DNA from: Verrucomicrobiota bacterium | GTDB lineage: Bacteria; Verrucomicrobiota; Verrucomicrobiia; Opitutales; Opitutaceae | Assembly: GCA_048498075.1 (NCBI GenBank) | Contig: JBEHYR010000007.1 | Span: 39,949 to 103,948 of the forward strand | DNA: 64,000 nt | Direction of reading: 5' to 3' | Part shown: piece after piece, positions 47,519 through 55,752 of the stretch | How the letters are laid out: every line of letters starts with the position of its first letter | Position numbering within the stretch: the first letter of the stretch is position 1 | Translations under genes and position numbers: made by a program | The notes under the pieces: model-generated | What the model saw: the letters and a program-made list of their open reading frames with translations, nothing else | What the model was told of the DNA's origin: nothing | The model's database searches: none

Positions 47519-47790
47519 TCCTCGATGGGAGCGGAAAAAATCTCACCAGCCTCTCGGCCGGTTGCAGCAGCGATGCCGCGCTCGTCGGCGGTAAACCTCG
47601 CGAAATCCCGCGCGCCAGCGCCGGGCGCCGCCTGTGATTTTTTGTCGTCGCCAACCTCACCCCCGCGCGCAACTTTCCGCCCACCCGTGCGAATCATCGC
47701 TGGCAGCCTCTCACTTTTTCCTGCACCGCCGGCCCGCTTGCGTTGCCGACGGTCGTGCCCGAACGGCTGCGGTTACGTGGAAACCGCCGC

Positions 47791-48582
47791 ATGAGTTTGC
47801 CCCTCGCCACTCCCCCGCCGGATGCCCGCCCGCCCGCCCCGCTTTCCTTCCGCGTCCTGATTCCCTGGGCGATTGTCGCAGGCCTCGCCGTCGGCGGCGC
47901 CTGGCTCGGCCAGCTCTATTTCGCCGCCCGCGCCGAGATCGCGTTGCTCCACGATCAGGAGGCGCTCTCGAACCTCGCCGTCATCGGCGCCCGCCAGCAG
48001 GCCGAAGCCGAGCGCATCCTCTCGAACCGCCAGCTCGCCGAGGACAAACGACACCTCGTGCAGCTCGATCAGCAGATCGCCCAGTCGACGCACCAGATCG
48101 CCGACGCCCGCCGCGAGATCGTCGAGATCAGCGCCCGCCTCGTCACCAGTCGCATCGAACTTCACCAGCTCCGCGAACGACTCGCCTCCGTTACCGATGA
48201 CGCCTCCACGTTGAGGGAGCGCCTGAAAACCGAAACCGATCTCGCGCAATTCCAGCTCGTCGCGCTCGCCTCCCCCGCCGCCGGCTCCTCCTCGCCCAAC
48301 GCCCTCGTGGTCTGGAACCCCATCGCGCAGGCAGGCCTCCTCCGCATCGAGAAACTTCCCGCGGCCGCGAGCGACCGGGATTACCAGCTCTGGATCGGTG
48401 ACCCTGCGTATCCGGAACCCGTCGACGCCGGCGTTTTCACCGTCGACGCCGCCACCGGTGCAGCGCGCATCACCTTCAAACCGCGTCAACCCGTCACGAA
48501 CCCCACGCAGTTCTCCGTCCGCCTCGAACGCAAAGGCGGCGCTCCGAAAGCCGCGGGGCCTGTCCTGCTCGTCGGCGAGTGA
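47791..48582 (+). CDS. Anti-sigma-K factor RskA-like protein (TM, coiled coil, RskA C-terminal domain)
   Basis: DYQLW, PVDAGVF, FSVRLERKGGAPKAAGPVLL. Confidence 0.75.
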   Translation: MSLPLATPPPDARPPAPLSFRVLIPWAIVAGLAVGGAWLGQLYFAARAEIALLHDQEALSNLAVIGARQQAEAERILSNRQLAEDKRHLVQLDQQIAQSTHQIADARREIVEISARLVTSRIELHQLRERLASVTDDASTLRERLKTETDLAQFQLVALASPAAGSSSPNALVVWNPIAQAGLLRIEKLPAAASDRDYQLWIGDPAYPEPVDAGVFTVDAATGAARITFKPRQPVTNPTQFSVRLERKGGAPKAAGPVLLVGE

Positions 48583-48609
48583 CGCCGACCGCTTCATCGA
48601 CGCCAGCCC

Positions 48610-48720
48610 GGAGTTCCGAGTTCCCGTGTACCCCGCCCCGTAGCCCTGCGCGGGAGCGTAGGGACCGAAACGAGGAATTCCAACCTCGAACTCGAAACCC
48701 AGAACTCCAAACCTCGAGTC
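48610..48720. repeat. Composite repeat: heptamer arm, GTAG/GGGA hairpin, inverted heptamer arm
   Basis: GGAGTTC CGAGTTC; GTAGCCCTGCGCGGGAGCGTAGGG (48640-48663); AACTCGA-like units. Confidence 0.75.
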
Positions 48721-48786
48721 CGGCCGCCCGACAGCGCCCGAACTTGAGCTTGTCACCCGCCATCCCCCTGCGAAATTCGGCGGCTT

Positions 48787-49971
48787 ATGATTATCAAGCC
48801 CCGCGTCCGCGGTTTCGTCTGCGTCACTTCCCATCCGCTTGGTTGTGCCGCCCACGTCCAGGAGTGGATCGATCACGTGAAGTCGAAGGGCGCCATCAAG
48901 GACGGCCCGAAGAAGGTGCTCGTGCTCGGCGCATCCACCGGCTACGGCCTCGCGTCACGCGTGACCGCCGCCTTCGGCTCCGGCGCGGCGACGCTCGGCG
49001 TCTTCTTCGAACGCCCCTCCGAAGAGGGCCGCCCCGCCACGCCCGGCTGGTATAACACCATCGGTTTCACCCAAGCCGCGCGCGCCGCCGGCCTCTACGC
49101 CAAAAATATCAACGGCGACGCGTTCTCCGACGACATCAAGCGCCAGACGCTCGACCTCATCCGCGCCGACCTCGGCCAGGTCGACCTCGTGGTCTACTCC
49201 CTCGCCTCGCCCCGCCGCGTGCATCCGAAAACCGGAGTCGTTCACAAATCCGTCCTCAAACCCGTCGGCTCGTCCTACACCAACAAAACCGTCGATACCG
49301 ACAAAGGCATCGTCAGCGACATCACCATCGAGCCCGCCACCGAAGCCGAGATCGCGGACACCATCACCGTCATGGGCGGCGAAGATTGGGAGCTGTGGAT
49401 CGACGCCCTCAAATCCGCCAACCTCCTCGCGCCCGCCGCCCAGACCGTCGCCTACTCCTACATCGGGCCCGACGTCACCTGGCCGATCTACAAAAACGGC
49501 ACCATCGGCCTCGCGAAAAATGACCTCGAGCGCGCCGCCCGCGCCCTCGATGCACTCCTCAAACCCACCGGCGGACGCGCCTTCATCTCCGTCAACAAAG
49601 CGCTCGTCACGCAGGCCAGCTCCGCGATTCCCGTCGTGCCGCTCTACATTTCGATCCTCTACAAGATCATGAAGGCGCAGGGCACGCACGAGGGCTGCAT
49701 CGAGCAAATGCAGCGCCTCTTCGCGACCCACATGTACAACGGCCACACGCCGAAGTTCGACGAAGACGGCCGCGTCCGCGTCGACGACCTCGAGATGCGC
49801 TCCGAAGTCCAGGCCGCCGTCCGCGAGATCTGGCCCACGGTCACGACCGCCAATCTCGTCGAGAAAACCGACATCGCCGGCTACCGCTCCGAATTCCTGA
49901 AACTCTTCGGCTTCGGCCTCGACGCCGTGAACTACGAAACCGACGTCGAGCCGCACCTCCCGATGCTCTGA
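48787..49971 (+). CDS. fabV: Enoyl-ACP reductase FabV
   Basis: MIIKPRVRGF...HPLGC, GASTGYGLASR, YSLASPRR, TVMGGEDW, YSYIGP, TQASSAIP. Confidence 0.96.
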   Translation: MIIKPRVRGFVCVTSHPLGCAAHVQEWIDHVKSKGAIKDGPKKVLVLGASTGYGLASRVTAAFGSGAATLGVFFERPSEEGRPATPGWYNTIGFTQAARAAGLYAKNINGDAFSDDIKRQTLDLIRADLGQVDLVVYSLASPRRVHPKTGVVHKSVLKPVGSSYTNKTVDTDKGIVSDITIEPATEAEIADTITVMGGEDWELWIDALKSANLLAPAAQTVAYSYIGPDVTWPIYKNGTIGLAKNDLERAARALDALLKPTGGRAFISVNKALVTQASSAIPVVPLYISILYKIMKAQGTHEGCIEQMQRLFATHMYNGHTPKFDEDGRVRVDDLEMRSEVQAAVREIWPTVTTANLVEKTDIAGYRSEFLKLFGFGLDAVNYETDVEPHLPML

Positions 49972-49990
49972 CGCGCCCACGTCAGCGCTC

Positions 49991-50084
49991 CGAGTTTCGG
50001 GTTCAGTGTTCCGAGTTTCAAACCGCTCCGCCTCGTAGCCCTGCGCGGGAGCGCAGGGATCATCCACCCCAAAACCCGAAACTC
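49991..50084. repeat. Composite repeat: heptamer arm, GTAG/GGGA hairpin, inverted heptamer arm
   Basis: CGAGTTT CGGGTTC..; GTAGCCCTGCGCGGGAGCGCAGGG (50035-50058); AACCCGAAACTC is a perfect inverse of 49992-50003. Confidence 0.75.
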
Positions 50085-50122
50085 CCCCCGAAAAATCCGC
50101 GGCCTCACGCCGCACTCTTTCC

Positions 50123-52375
50123 ATGGCCGCCTTCGACCCCACTCGCCGCCGTTTTCTGAAATCGTCCGTCATCGCCGGCGCCGCCGTCACCCTCGGCGAA
50201 TTCTCGTTGCGCTCGTCGCCCGCCGAACTCCCCGCCGCGAGGAACGCCACCGGCTCCTCCGCCTCGTCCTTTTCTCCCTCCTGGGTCGACCGGCCGATGC
50301 GCTGGGCCCAACTCGCCCTCGTCGACGACGATCCCGCGCCCGGCAAAATCGATGTTTCCTTCTGGCTCGATTACTTTGCGCGGACGCACGCCGACGGCGT
50401 CTGCCTCAGCGGCGGCGGCTGCACCGCGTTTTATCCGACGCAGATTCCCTTTCACCACCGCAGCGCCTGGCTCGGCAATCGCGATCTCTTCGGCGAACTC
50501 GTCGCCGGCTGCCGCCAGCTCGGCATGATCGTGATCGCGCGCACCGATCCGCACGGCACCTACGACGACGCCCAGGCCGCGCACCCCGACTGGATCGCCG
50601 TCACCGAGGATGGAAAACCCCGCCGCCACTGGGCCTCGCCCGAGATGTGGGTCACCTGCGGGCTCGGGCCCTACAACTTCGATTTCATGACCGAAGTGAA
50701 GCGCGAGATCATGTCGCGCTACCACGTCGACGGGATTTTCATCAACCGCTGGGAAGGCCACGGCCTTTGTTATTGCGAGCATTGCCGCACGAATTTCAAA
50801 ACCGCCACCGGCCACGATCTTCCTTCCGGCAAAACCACCCTGCAGGATCCTGCACGCCGCGCCTATTTTTTCTGGCGCCAGCAACGGCTCTTCGACCTCT
50901 GGCAGCATTGGGACTCCGCCGTGCGCGCGATCAATCCCGACTCCTGCGTGATCCCGAACACCGGCGGCGGCGCGAACAGCTCGCTCGCCATGAAACGCGT
51001 CGGCGAACTCGCGCCCATGCTCGCCGCCGATCGCCAGGCCCGCCGCGGACTCGCGCCGATTTGGAGCGCCGGCAAAAACGGCAAGGAATACCGCGCCACG
51101 CTCGGCCGGAAACCCGTCGTCGGCATCTTCAGCGTCGGCCTCGAAGAACCTTATCGTTGGAAAGATTCCGTGCAGGCGCCTCACGAAATCCGCCTCTGGG
51201 CGATCGACAGCATCGCGAACGGCATGCGCCCGTGGTTCACCAAATTCGCCGGCGCGATCAACGATCCCCGCTGGCTCCAGCCCGTCGAAGATCTCTACGT
51301 CTGGTGCCACGGCGCCGAGCGCTATCTTCGCAACGAGCGCCCGCTCGCCCGCGTCGCGATCGTCTACTCGCAGCACACCGCATGGTTCTACGAGAACGCC
51401 GACCACGGCGCCCGCGACAGCGTCGAAGACGCCGGCCTCGGCTGGTATCAAGCTCTCGTCGAGGCCCGCGTGCCCTTCGAAATGGTGCACGATCAATTCC
51501 TCGACGCCGACCACCTCACGCCGTTCCAAACGCTCATCCTCCCCAACCTCGCCGCGCTCTCCGCTGCGCAATGCGACCAGCTCCGCGCCTTCGTCGCCCG
51601 CGGCGGCGGTCTCATCGCGACGCACGAAACCTCGCTCTACGACGAAGCCGGCGCGCCGCGGAAAAATTTCGGCCTAGCCGATCTTTTCGGCGCCAGCTTC
51701 GCCGGCCGCATCGAAGGGCCGATGCACAATGCCTACCTCCGCCTCGAGCATGACCGCGCGCCCGGCCATCCGTTGCTCCGCGGACTCGAAAACGCGCCGC
51801 GCACCGTCCACGGCGTGTGGCGCGTCGAGGTGACCGCGACGGAAAAACTCCCGCCGCCACCGCTCACCCTGATTCCGAGTTATCCCGATCTGCCGATGGA
51901 AAAAGTCTTCACGCGTCAGCCGAAGACCGACATCGCGCAGGTTTTTCTGCGCGAACTTCCCGGCGGCGGTCGCGTCGTTTATTTTCCCTGGGACATCGAT
52001 CGCACCTTCTGGGAAGTGCTCGACGTCGACCACGGCCAGCTGCTGCGCAACGCGCTCGCGTGGGCGACGAACGAGCCCCCGCCGGTTTCGGTCGTCGGCC
52101 CCGGTGTCCTCGACGTCACGTTCTGGCAGCAGAAAAATTCCGTCACCGTCCACCTCGTGAACCTCACGAATCCGATGATGATGAAAGGCCCGATTCGCGA
52201 ACTGTTCGCCGTCGGCGAGCAGAAAGTCCGCGTCCGTCTCCCTGACCGTCGTCAGGCCAAAAGCGCCCGCCTGCTCGTCGCCGCCACCGACGTCGCCTTT
52301 CAGCAGACCGGCGAGTGGGTGGAAGTCGCCGTGCCGTCGATTCTCGCCCACGAAGTGATCGCCTTCGACGTCTGA
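50123..52375 (+). CDS. Tat-exported glycoside hydrolase-like protein with a beta-galactosidase trimerisation-type domain
   Basis: TRRRFLK Tat motif; CYCEHC; GWYQALVEARVPFE; TLILPNLAALS; LIATHETSLYD. Confidence 0.7.
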   Translation: MAAFDPTRRRFLKSSVIAGAAVTLGEFSLRSSPAELPAARNATGSSASSFSPSWVDRPMRWAQLALVDDDPAPGKIDVSFWLDYFARTHADGVCLSGGGCTAFYPTQIPFHHRSAWLGNRDLFGELVAGCRQLGMIVIARTDPHGTYDDAQAAHPDWIAVTEDGKPRRHWASPEMWVTCGLGPYNFDFMTEVKREIMSRYHVDGIFINRWEGHGLCYCEHCRTNFKTATGHDLPSGKTTLQDPARRAYFFWRQQRLFDLWQHWDSAVRAINPDSCVIPNTGGGANSSLAMKRVGELAPMLAADRQARRGLAPIWSAGKNGKEYRATLGRKPVVGIFSVGLEEPYRWKDSVQAPHEIRLWAIDSIANGMRPWFTKFAGAINDPRWLQPVEDLYVWCHGAERYLRNERPLARVAIVYSQHTAWFYENADHGARDSVEDAGLGWYQALVEARVPFEMVHDQFLDADHLTPFQTLILPNLAALSAAQCDQLRAFVARGGGLIATHETSLYDEAGAPRKNFGLADLFGASFAGRIEGPMHNAYLRLEHDRAPGHPLLRGLENAPRTVHGVWRVEVTATEKLPPPPLTLIPSYPDLPMEKVFTRQPKTDIAQVFLRELPGGGRVVYFPWDIDRTFWEVLDVDHGQLLRNALAWATNEPPPVSVVGPGVLDVTFWQQKNSVTVHLVNLTNPMMMKGPIRELFAVGEQKVRVRLPDRRQAKSARLLVAATDVAFQQTGEWVEVAVPSILAHEVIAFDV

Positions 52376-52393
52376 CGCGCTTGGCTGCTCGGC

Positions 52394-52507
52394 ATGCGCG
52401 CCGTCGTCCAACGCGTCTCCTCCGCCAGCGTCACGATCGAGGGCGTCGTCGGCGGCGCGATCGATCGGGGCCTGCTCATCCTCCTCGGCGTGCAGGCTGA
52501 CGAGTAA
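52394..52507 (+). pseudogene. dtd: D-aminoacyl-tRNA deacylase 5' remnant (37 aa)
   Basis: [37 protein letters not shown] is the canonical Dtd N-terminus; the SQFTL/GRRP/GPVT core is absent. Confidence 0.8.
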
Positions 52508-52533
52508 GTCCCGTGCGGCTATCGGTCGACCAT

Positions 52534-52603
52534 GGAGCGGCGGTCTATGACCGCCAAGTTCGGAAAATTCACAGTCAACCCGGCCGTCACAGACCGCCGC
52601 TCC
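52534..52603. repeat. Inverted REP doublet (GGAGCGGCGGTCT..GACCGCC)
   Basis: Arms at 52534-52555 and 52582-52603; same family as 39847-39917. Confidence 0.8.
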
Positions 52604-52677
52604 ACGCCGACTGATTATTCGGACATGCTCTGCGCCAACCCGGACGCATCACACTTCGAAGCAAACCATCCGCGGAG

Positions 52678-52773
52678 TGTCATTCTGAACGCTGTGCAGA
52701 ATCCAGTGCGCGCTTCGTGGCACGACGCGCGTGCGAAAGTCCAAATGGATTCGTCGCTGCGCTCAGAACGACA
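52678..52773. mobile_element. Second copy of the 96-bp palindromic element
   Basis: 9 mismatches in 96 bp by hand count against the reverse complement of 43951-44046. Confidence 0.75.
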
Positions 52774-52814
52774 AAAAGTGTAATGAATCCGCGCTCAGCC
52801 CCACTGCACCCCTC

Positions 52815-52838
52815 GTAGCCCGCTGCGGGAGCAGCGGG
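52815..52838 (+). repeat. GTAG REP hairpin with a GGGA loop
   Basis: GTAG-CCCGCTGC-GGGA-GCAGCGGG. Confidence 0.8.
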
Positions 52839-52876
52839 ATTCCCGCGACCTCGCTCTTCCGCCTCGCCCCTCCCCT

Positions 52877-53923
52877 TTACCGCTGCCGATCCGCCAGCGC
52901 CCTCGCCAGATCCCGCGCGAAAAACGCCCCGCGATAAATCATCCCCGTATAAATCTGCACGAGCGCCGCGCCCGCATCGAGCTTCTCCGCCGCGCTCGTC
53001 ACATCCTCGATTCCACCCACGCCGATGATCGGCAGCCGCCTGCTCGTCGCGCGCGCGATGTAGTTGATGATCTCCGTCGACCGCCGCCGCAACGGCCGTC
53101 CGCTCAGCCCGCCCGCCTGATTCACCGCCCCAAAGATCCCCGGTCGCGCCAGCGTCGTGTTCGTCGCGATGATCCCGTCGAGCCCGAACTCCGCGATCGT
53201 CGCGAGCACCGTGTCGATCTGCCGAAAACTCAGATCGGGTGCGATCTTCAGCAGCACCGGCACGCGCCGCGCCCGCGCGCGATTCGCCGCCGTCACCGCG
53301 CCGAGCAGCTCCCGCAGCCGGTCCTCGTCCTGGAGTTTCCGCAGGTCAGGCGTGTTCGGGCTGCTCACGTTCAACACCACGTAGTCCGCAAAATCCGCCA
53401 GCGCCGCGAAACTCTTCAAGTAGTCCTCCGTCGCCCGCCCGATCTCCGTCACCTTCGATTTGCCGAAATTGATCCCGAGCGGTATCCGCCGCTGCCCCAC
53501 GCCCGGTTGTTGCGCCAGCCGTCGCGCCACCGCCTCGCAGCCCGCGTTGTTGAAACCCATCCGGTTGATCACCGCGCCCTCCTTCGGGAAACGAAATACC
53601 CGCGGCCGCTCGTTTCCCGGCTGCGCCAGCGCCGTGATCGTGCCGATCTCCACGTGCCCGAAACCCAGCGCCGCCGCCGCCGGCCACGCGCTGCCGTTCT
53701 TGTCGAAACCCGCCGCCAGTCCCACCGCATTCGGAAATTTCAGCCCGAACGCCTCGACCGGCTGCGTCCGCCCCGCCGGCAATCGCGCCGCACCCTCTAG
53801 CAATCGGCACAACGGCGGCAGGCGCGCCAGCGTCGCCATCGCCGTGACCGCCAGCTCGTGCGCATGCTCGGGATCGAGCCGGAAGAGACCCGGCCGGAGA
53901 ATTTCTTCGTAGAACCACCCCAT
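52877..53923 (-). CDS. pyrD: Quinone-dependent dihydroorotate dehydrogenase
   Basis: LDPEHAH, GLAAGFDKN, NRMGFNN, NVSSPNTP, KIAPDL, GGLSG, GVGG, QIYTG. Confidence 0.96.
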   Translation of the reverse strand: MGWFYEEILRPGLFRLDPEHAHELAVTAMATLARLPPLCRLLEGAARLPAGRTQPVEAFGLKFPNAVGLAAGFDKNGSAWPAAAALGFGHVEIGTITALAQPGNERPRVFRFPKEGAVINRMGFNNAGCEAVARRLAQQPGVGQRRIPLGINFGKSKVTEIGRATEDYLKSFAALADFADYVVLNVSSPNTPDLRKLQDEDRLRELLGAVTAANRARARRVPVLLKIAPDLSFRQIDTVLATIAEFGLDGIIATNTTLARPGIFGAVNQAGGLSGRPLRRRSTEIINYIARATSRRLPIIGVGGIEDVTSAAEKLDAGAALVQIYTGMIYRGAFFARDLARALADRQR

Positions 53924-54112
53924 GATCGCACCAGCGTGAAATCGGCCCCACAAAATGCAAGTGCCCCCAATTCGGTAAACCCGCTCGCGCGAGGGATTTT
54001 TACTTCGGCGCGAAGTTCGCGCGCGCGATGCAGAAAAGCTGCCTTTTTCTGCTTGTTTTTTTGACCTCCCCTCGCACGCTGCGCCAAAAATCACCCCTTT
54101 CCTTTTTTTCTA

Positions 54113-54913
54113 ATGCCCAAAGCAACTTCCACTCTCGACTGGTGCATCGTCCGCCTTGGCGAGGATCATAACTGGTGGGTAAACGAAACCAGCGATCCCG
54201 TTCGATGGGATGTCGATGGTCTCAGCATCATCGACCCACGCCAGCTCTCGCACCTCGTCGACCTCGTCGACCCACTGCGCGATTACGGCTTCGATCAGGA
54301 TATCATGGAGCGCGCCTTCATTCTCTTCCGCATCGAGAAAGACCTCGGCAACGCCAAGGTCCGCCTCAAGCGCACGAAGGAATCGCTCTTCGAGTCCGAC
54401 GAAAAACTCTTCGCCCTCGCCGACACCCTCGACGAGGAAAACGGCCCCTACGCCGACCTCCTCGACCACCTCACGCGCTGCCGCGTGAAAATGCTCAACG
54501 ACCTCTTCGAATTCGAATCCAAGCTCACGGTCGACGAAGTCGAAGACGAACTGCGCGAGGACCAGAACAGCCATTTCATCGAGGGCAAAGCCCTTCACTC
54601 CTTCGAAGAACTCACCGCCATCCTCGACTTCATGCCCGCCGGTTACGAGACCGACGAGGAGCAGCCCGCCAAGAGCCTCGACGACGAAGGCGACGCCGAC
54701 GATCTCCCCGAACTCGACGAAGCTGAAGAGGAGAAACTCAAGAACGACGAGTCGCTCAAGTGGGACGAAGACGACGACGAGAAGGACGACGACGACGACA
54801 AAGAAAAAGACGAGGACGAAGACGACGACGACGAGAAAGACGAGGACGAGAAGTCCGAATCCGGCGACGACGAAGACGAGAAGCCCAAGAAAAAATCCAA
54901 AGGCAAACGCTGA
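54113..54913 (+). CDS. Hypothetical protein with a long Asp/Glu tail and a Lys-rich end
   Basis: Strong codon bias, own terminator; WCIVRLGEDHNWWV N-terminus; DEDDDEKDDDDD...KPKKKSKGKR. Confidence 0.85.
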   Translation: MPKATSTLDWCIVRLGEDHNWWVNETSDPVRWDVDGLSIIDPRQLSHLVDLVDPLRDYGFDQDIMERAFILFRIEKDLGNAKVRLKRTKESLFESDEKLFALADTLDEENGPYADLLDHLTRCRVKMLNDLFEFESKLTVDEVEDELREDQNSHFIEGKALHSFEELTAILDFMPAGYETDEEQPAKSLDDEGDADDLPELDEAEEEKLKNDESLKWDEDDDEKDDDDDKEKDEDEDDDDEKDEDEKSESGDDEDEKPKKKSKGKR

Positions 54914-54932
54914 GCTAATCTGTTCCCTCTCT

Positions 54933-54961
54933 GGGCGGCCCTCACCGGCCGCCCTTTTTTT
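54933..54961 (+). terminator. Intrinsic terminator
   Basis: GGGCGGCC-CTCACC-GGCCGCCC-TTTTTTT. Confidence 0.85.
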
Positions 54962-54972
54962 GTGCCTCCTAT

Positions 54973-54996
54973 GTAGCCCGCTGCGGAAGCAGCGGG
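54973..54996 (+). repeat. GTAG REP hairpin with a GGAA loop
   Basis: GTAG-CCCGCTGC-GGAA-GCAGCGGG. Confidence 0.8.
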
Positions 54997-55108
54997 ACCA
55001 ACGCCTCCCTCGCTCCAGCTGCTTGCCTCCTCCGCGCACCACCTCCGCCAGCGGCTCATCCCCACGTCACCATTGCCATTCCCGCTGCCCTCCGCCAAAT
55101 CTGCCCCA

Positions 55109-55705
55109 ATGGATTTTCGCCGCGCGCTGCTCCCGCTTTTCCTGCTCCTCTCGCTCGCCGCCCTCGCCGGCTGCAACGCCGCCGGCCCCGCTTCCGCCGG
55201 CGCGAATCCCGCCGTCCCGGCCGTCGCCTCGTCCGCCCAACTCCGCAACGGCGACAGCCTCACGGTCTCCCTCCAGGGCGTGCCCGATCCGAGTGTGAAC
55301 ACCGTCCAGATCGACGACCGCGGCACGATCAGCCTCCCCTTCATCGGCGCCGTCGCCGCGTCCGGCCTGAACACCGGCGAACTCGGCGAACGCGTCCGCC
55401 AAACCTATCTCGCAAAAAAAATCTACAACACCGTCGACGTCTCCGTCACCGTCACCGAGCGCTATGTCTACGTCGGCGGCGAGGTGGTGAAACCGGGCCG
55501 CATCATCTGGACGCCCGATCTCACCGCCGCGAAAGCGATCCAGTCTGCCGGCGGCTTCACGCTCTACGCGAAGGAAAGCCGCGTCGCCCTCGTGCGCGAC
55601 CAGAAGACCTACGACCTCGACATCAAGCTCGCGCAAAAAAATCCGTCACAGGATCCGCCCCTCGTCCCCGGCGACTCCCTCCAAGTCCCCCGCTCGCCGT
55701 TTTAG
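55109..55705 (+). CDS. Short OPX (Wza-like) polysaccharide export lipoprotein
   Basis: Lipobox LAGC; GDSLTV, IDDRGTISLPFIG, YVGGEVVKPG, PGDSLQVPRS. Confidence 0.88.
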   Translation: MDFRRALLPLFLLLSLAALAGCNAAGPASAGANPAVPAVASSAQLRNGDSLTVSLQGVPDPSVNTVQIDDRGTISLPFIGAVAASGLNTGELGERVRQTYLAKKIYNTVDVSVTVTERYVYVGGEVVKPGRIIWTPDLTAAKAIQSAGGFTLYAKESRVALVRDQKTYDLDIKLAQKNPSQDPPLVPGDSLQVPRSPF

Positions 55706-55730
55706 GTGGAGCCCGACGTCCCGTCGGGCT
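55705..55730 (+). repeat. REP-like hairpin GGTGGAGCCCGACGTCCCGTCGGGCT
   Basis: Near-identical copy at 63215-63241. Confidence 0.8.
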
Positions 55731-55752
55731 CGTTCCCCTCGCCTCGGCCGCC

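Noticed and set aside
54643-55042. Ser-rich and Phe/Val-rich minus-strand ORFs
   Set aside because: Antisense mirrors of the Asp/Glu/Lys tail of the 54113 gene
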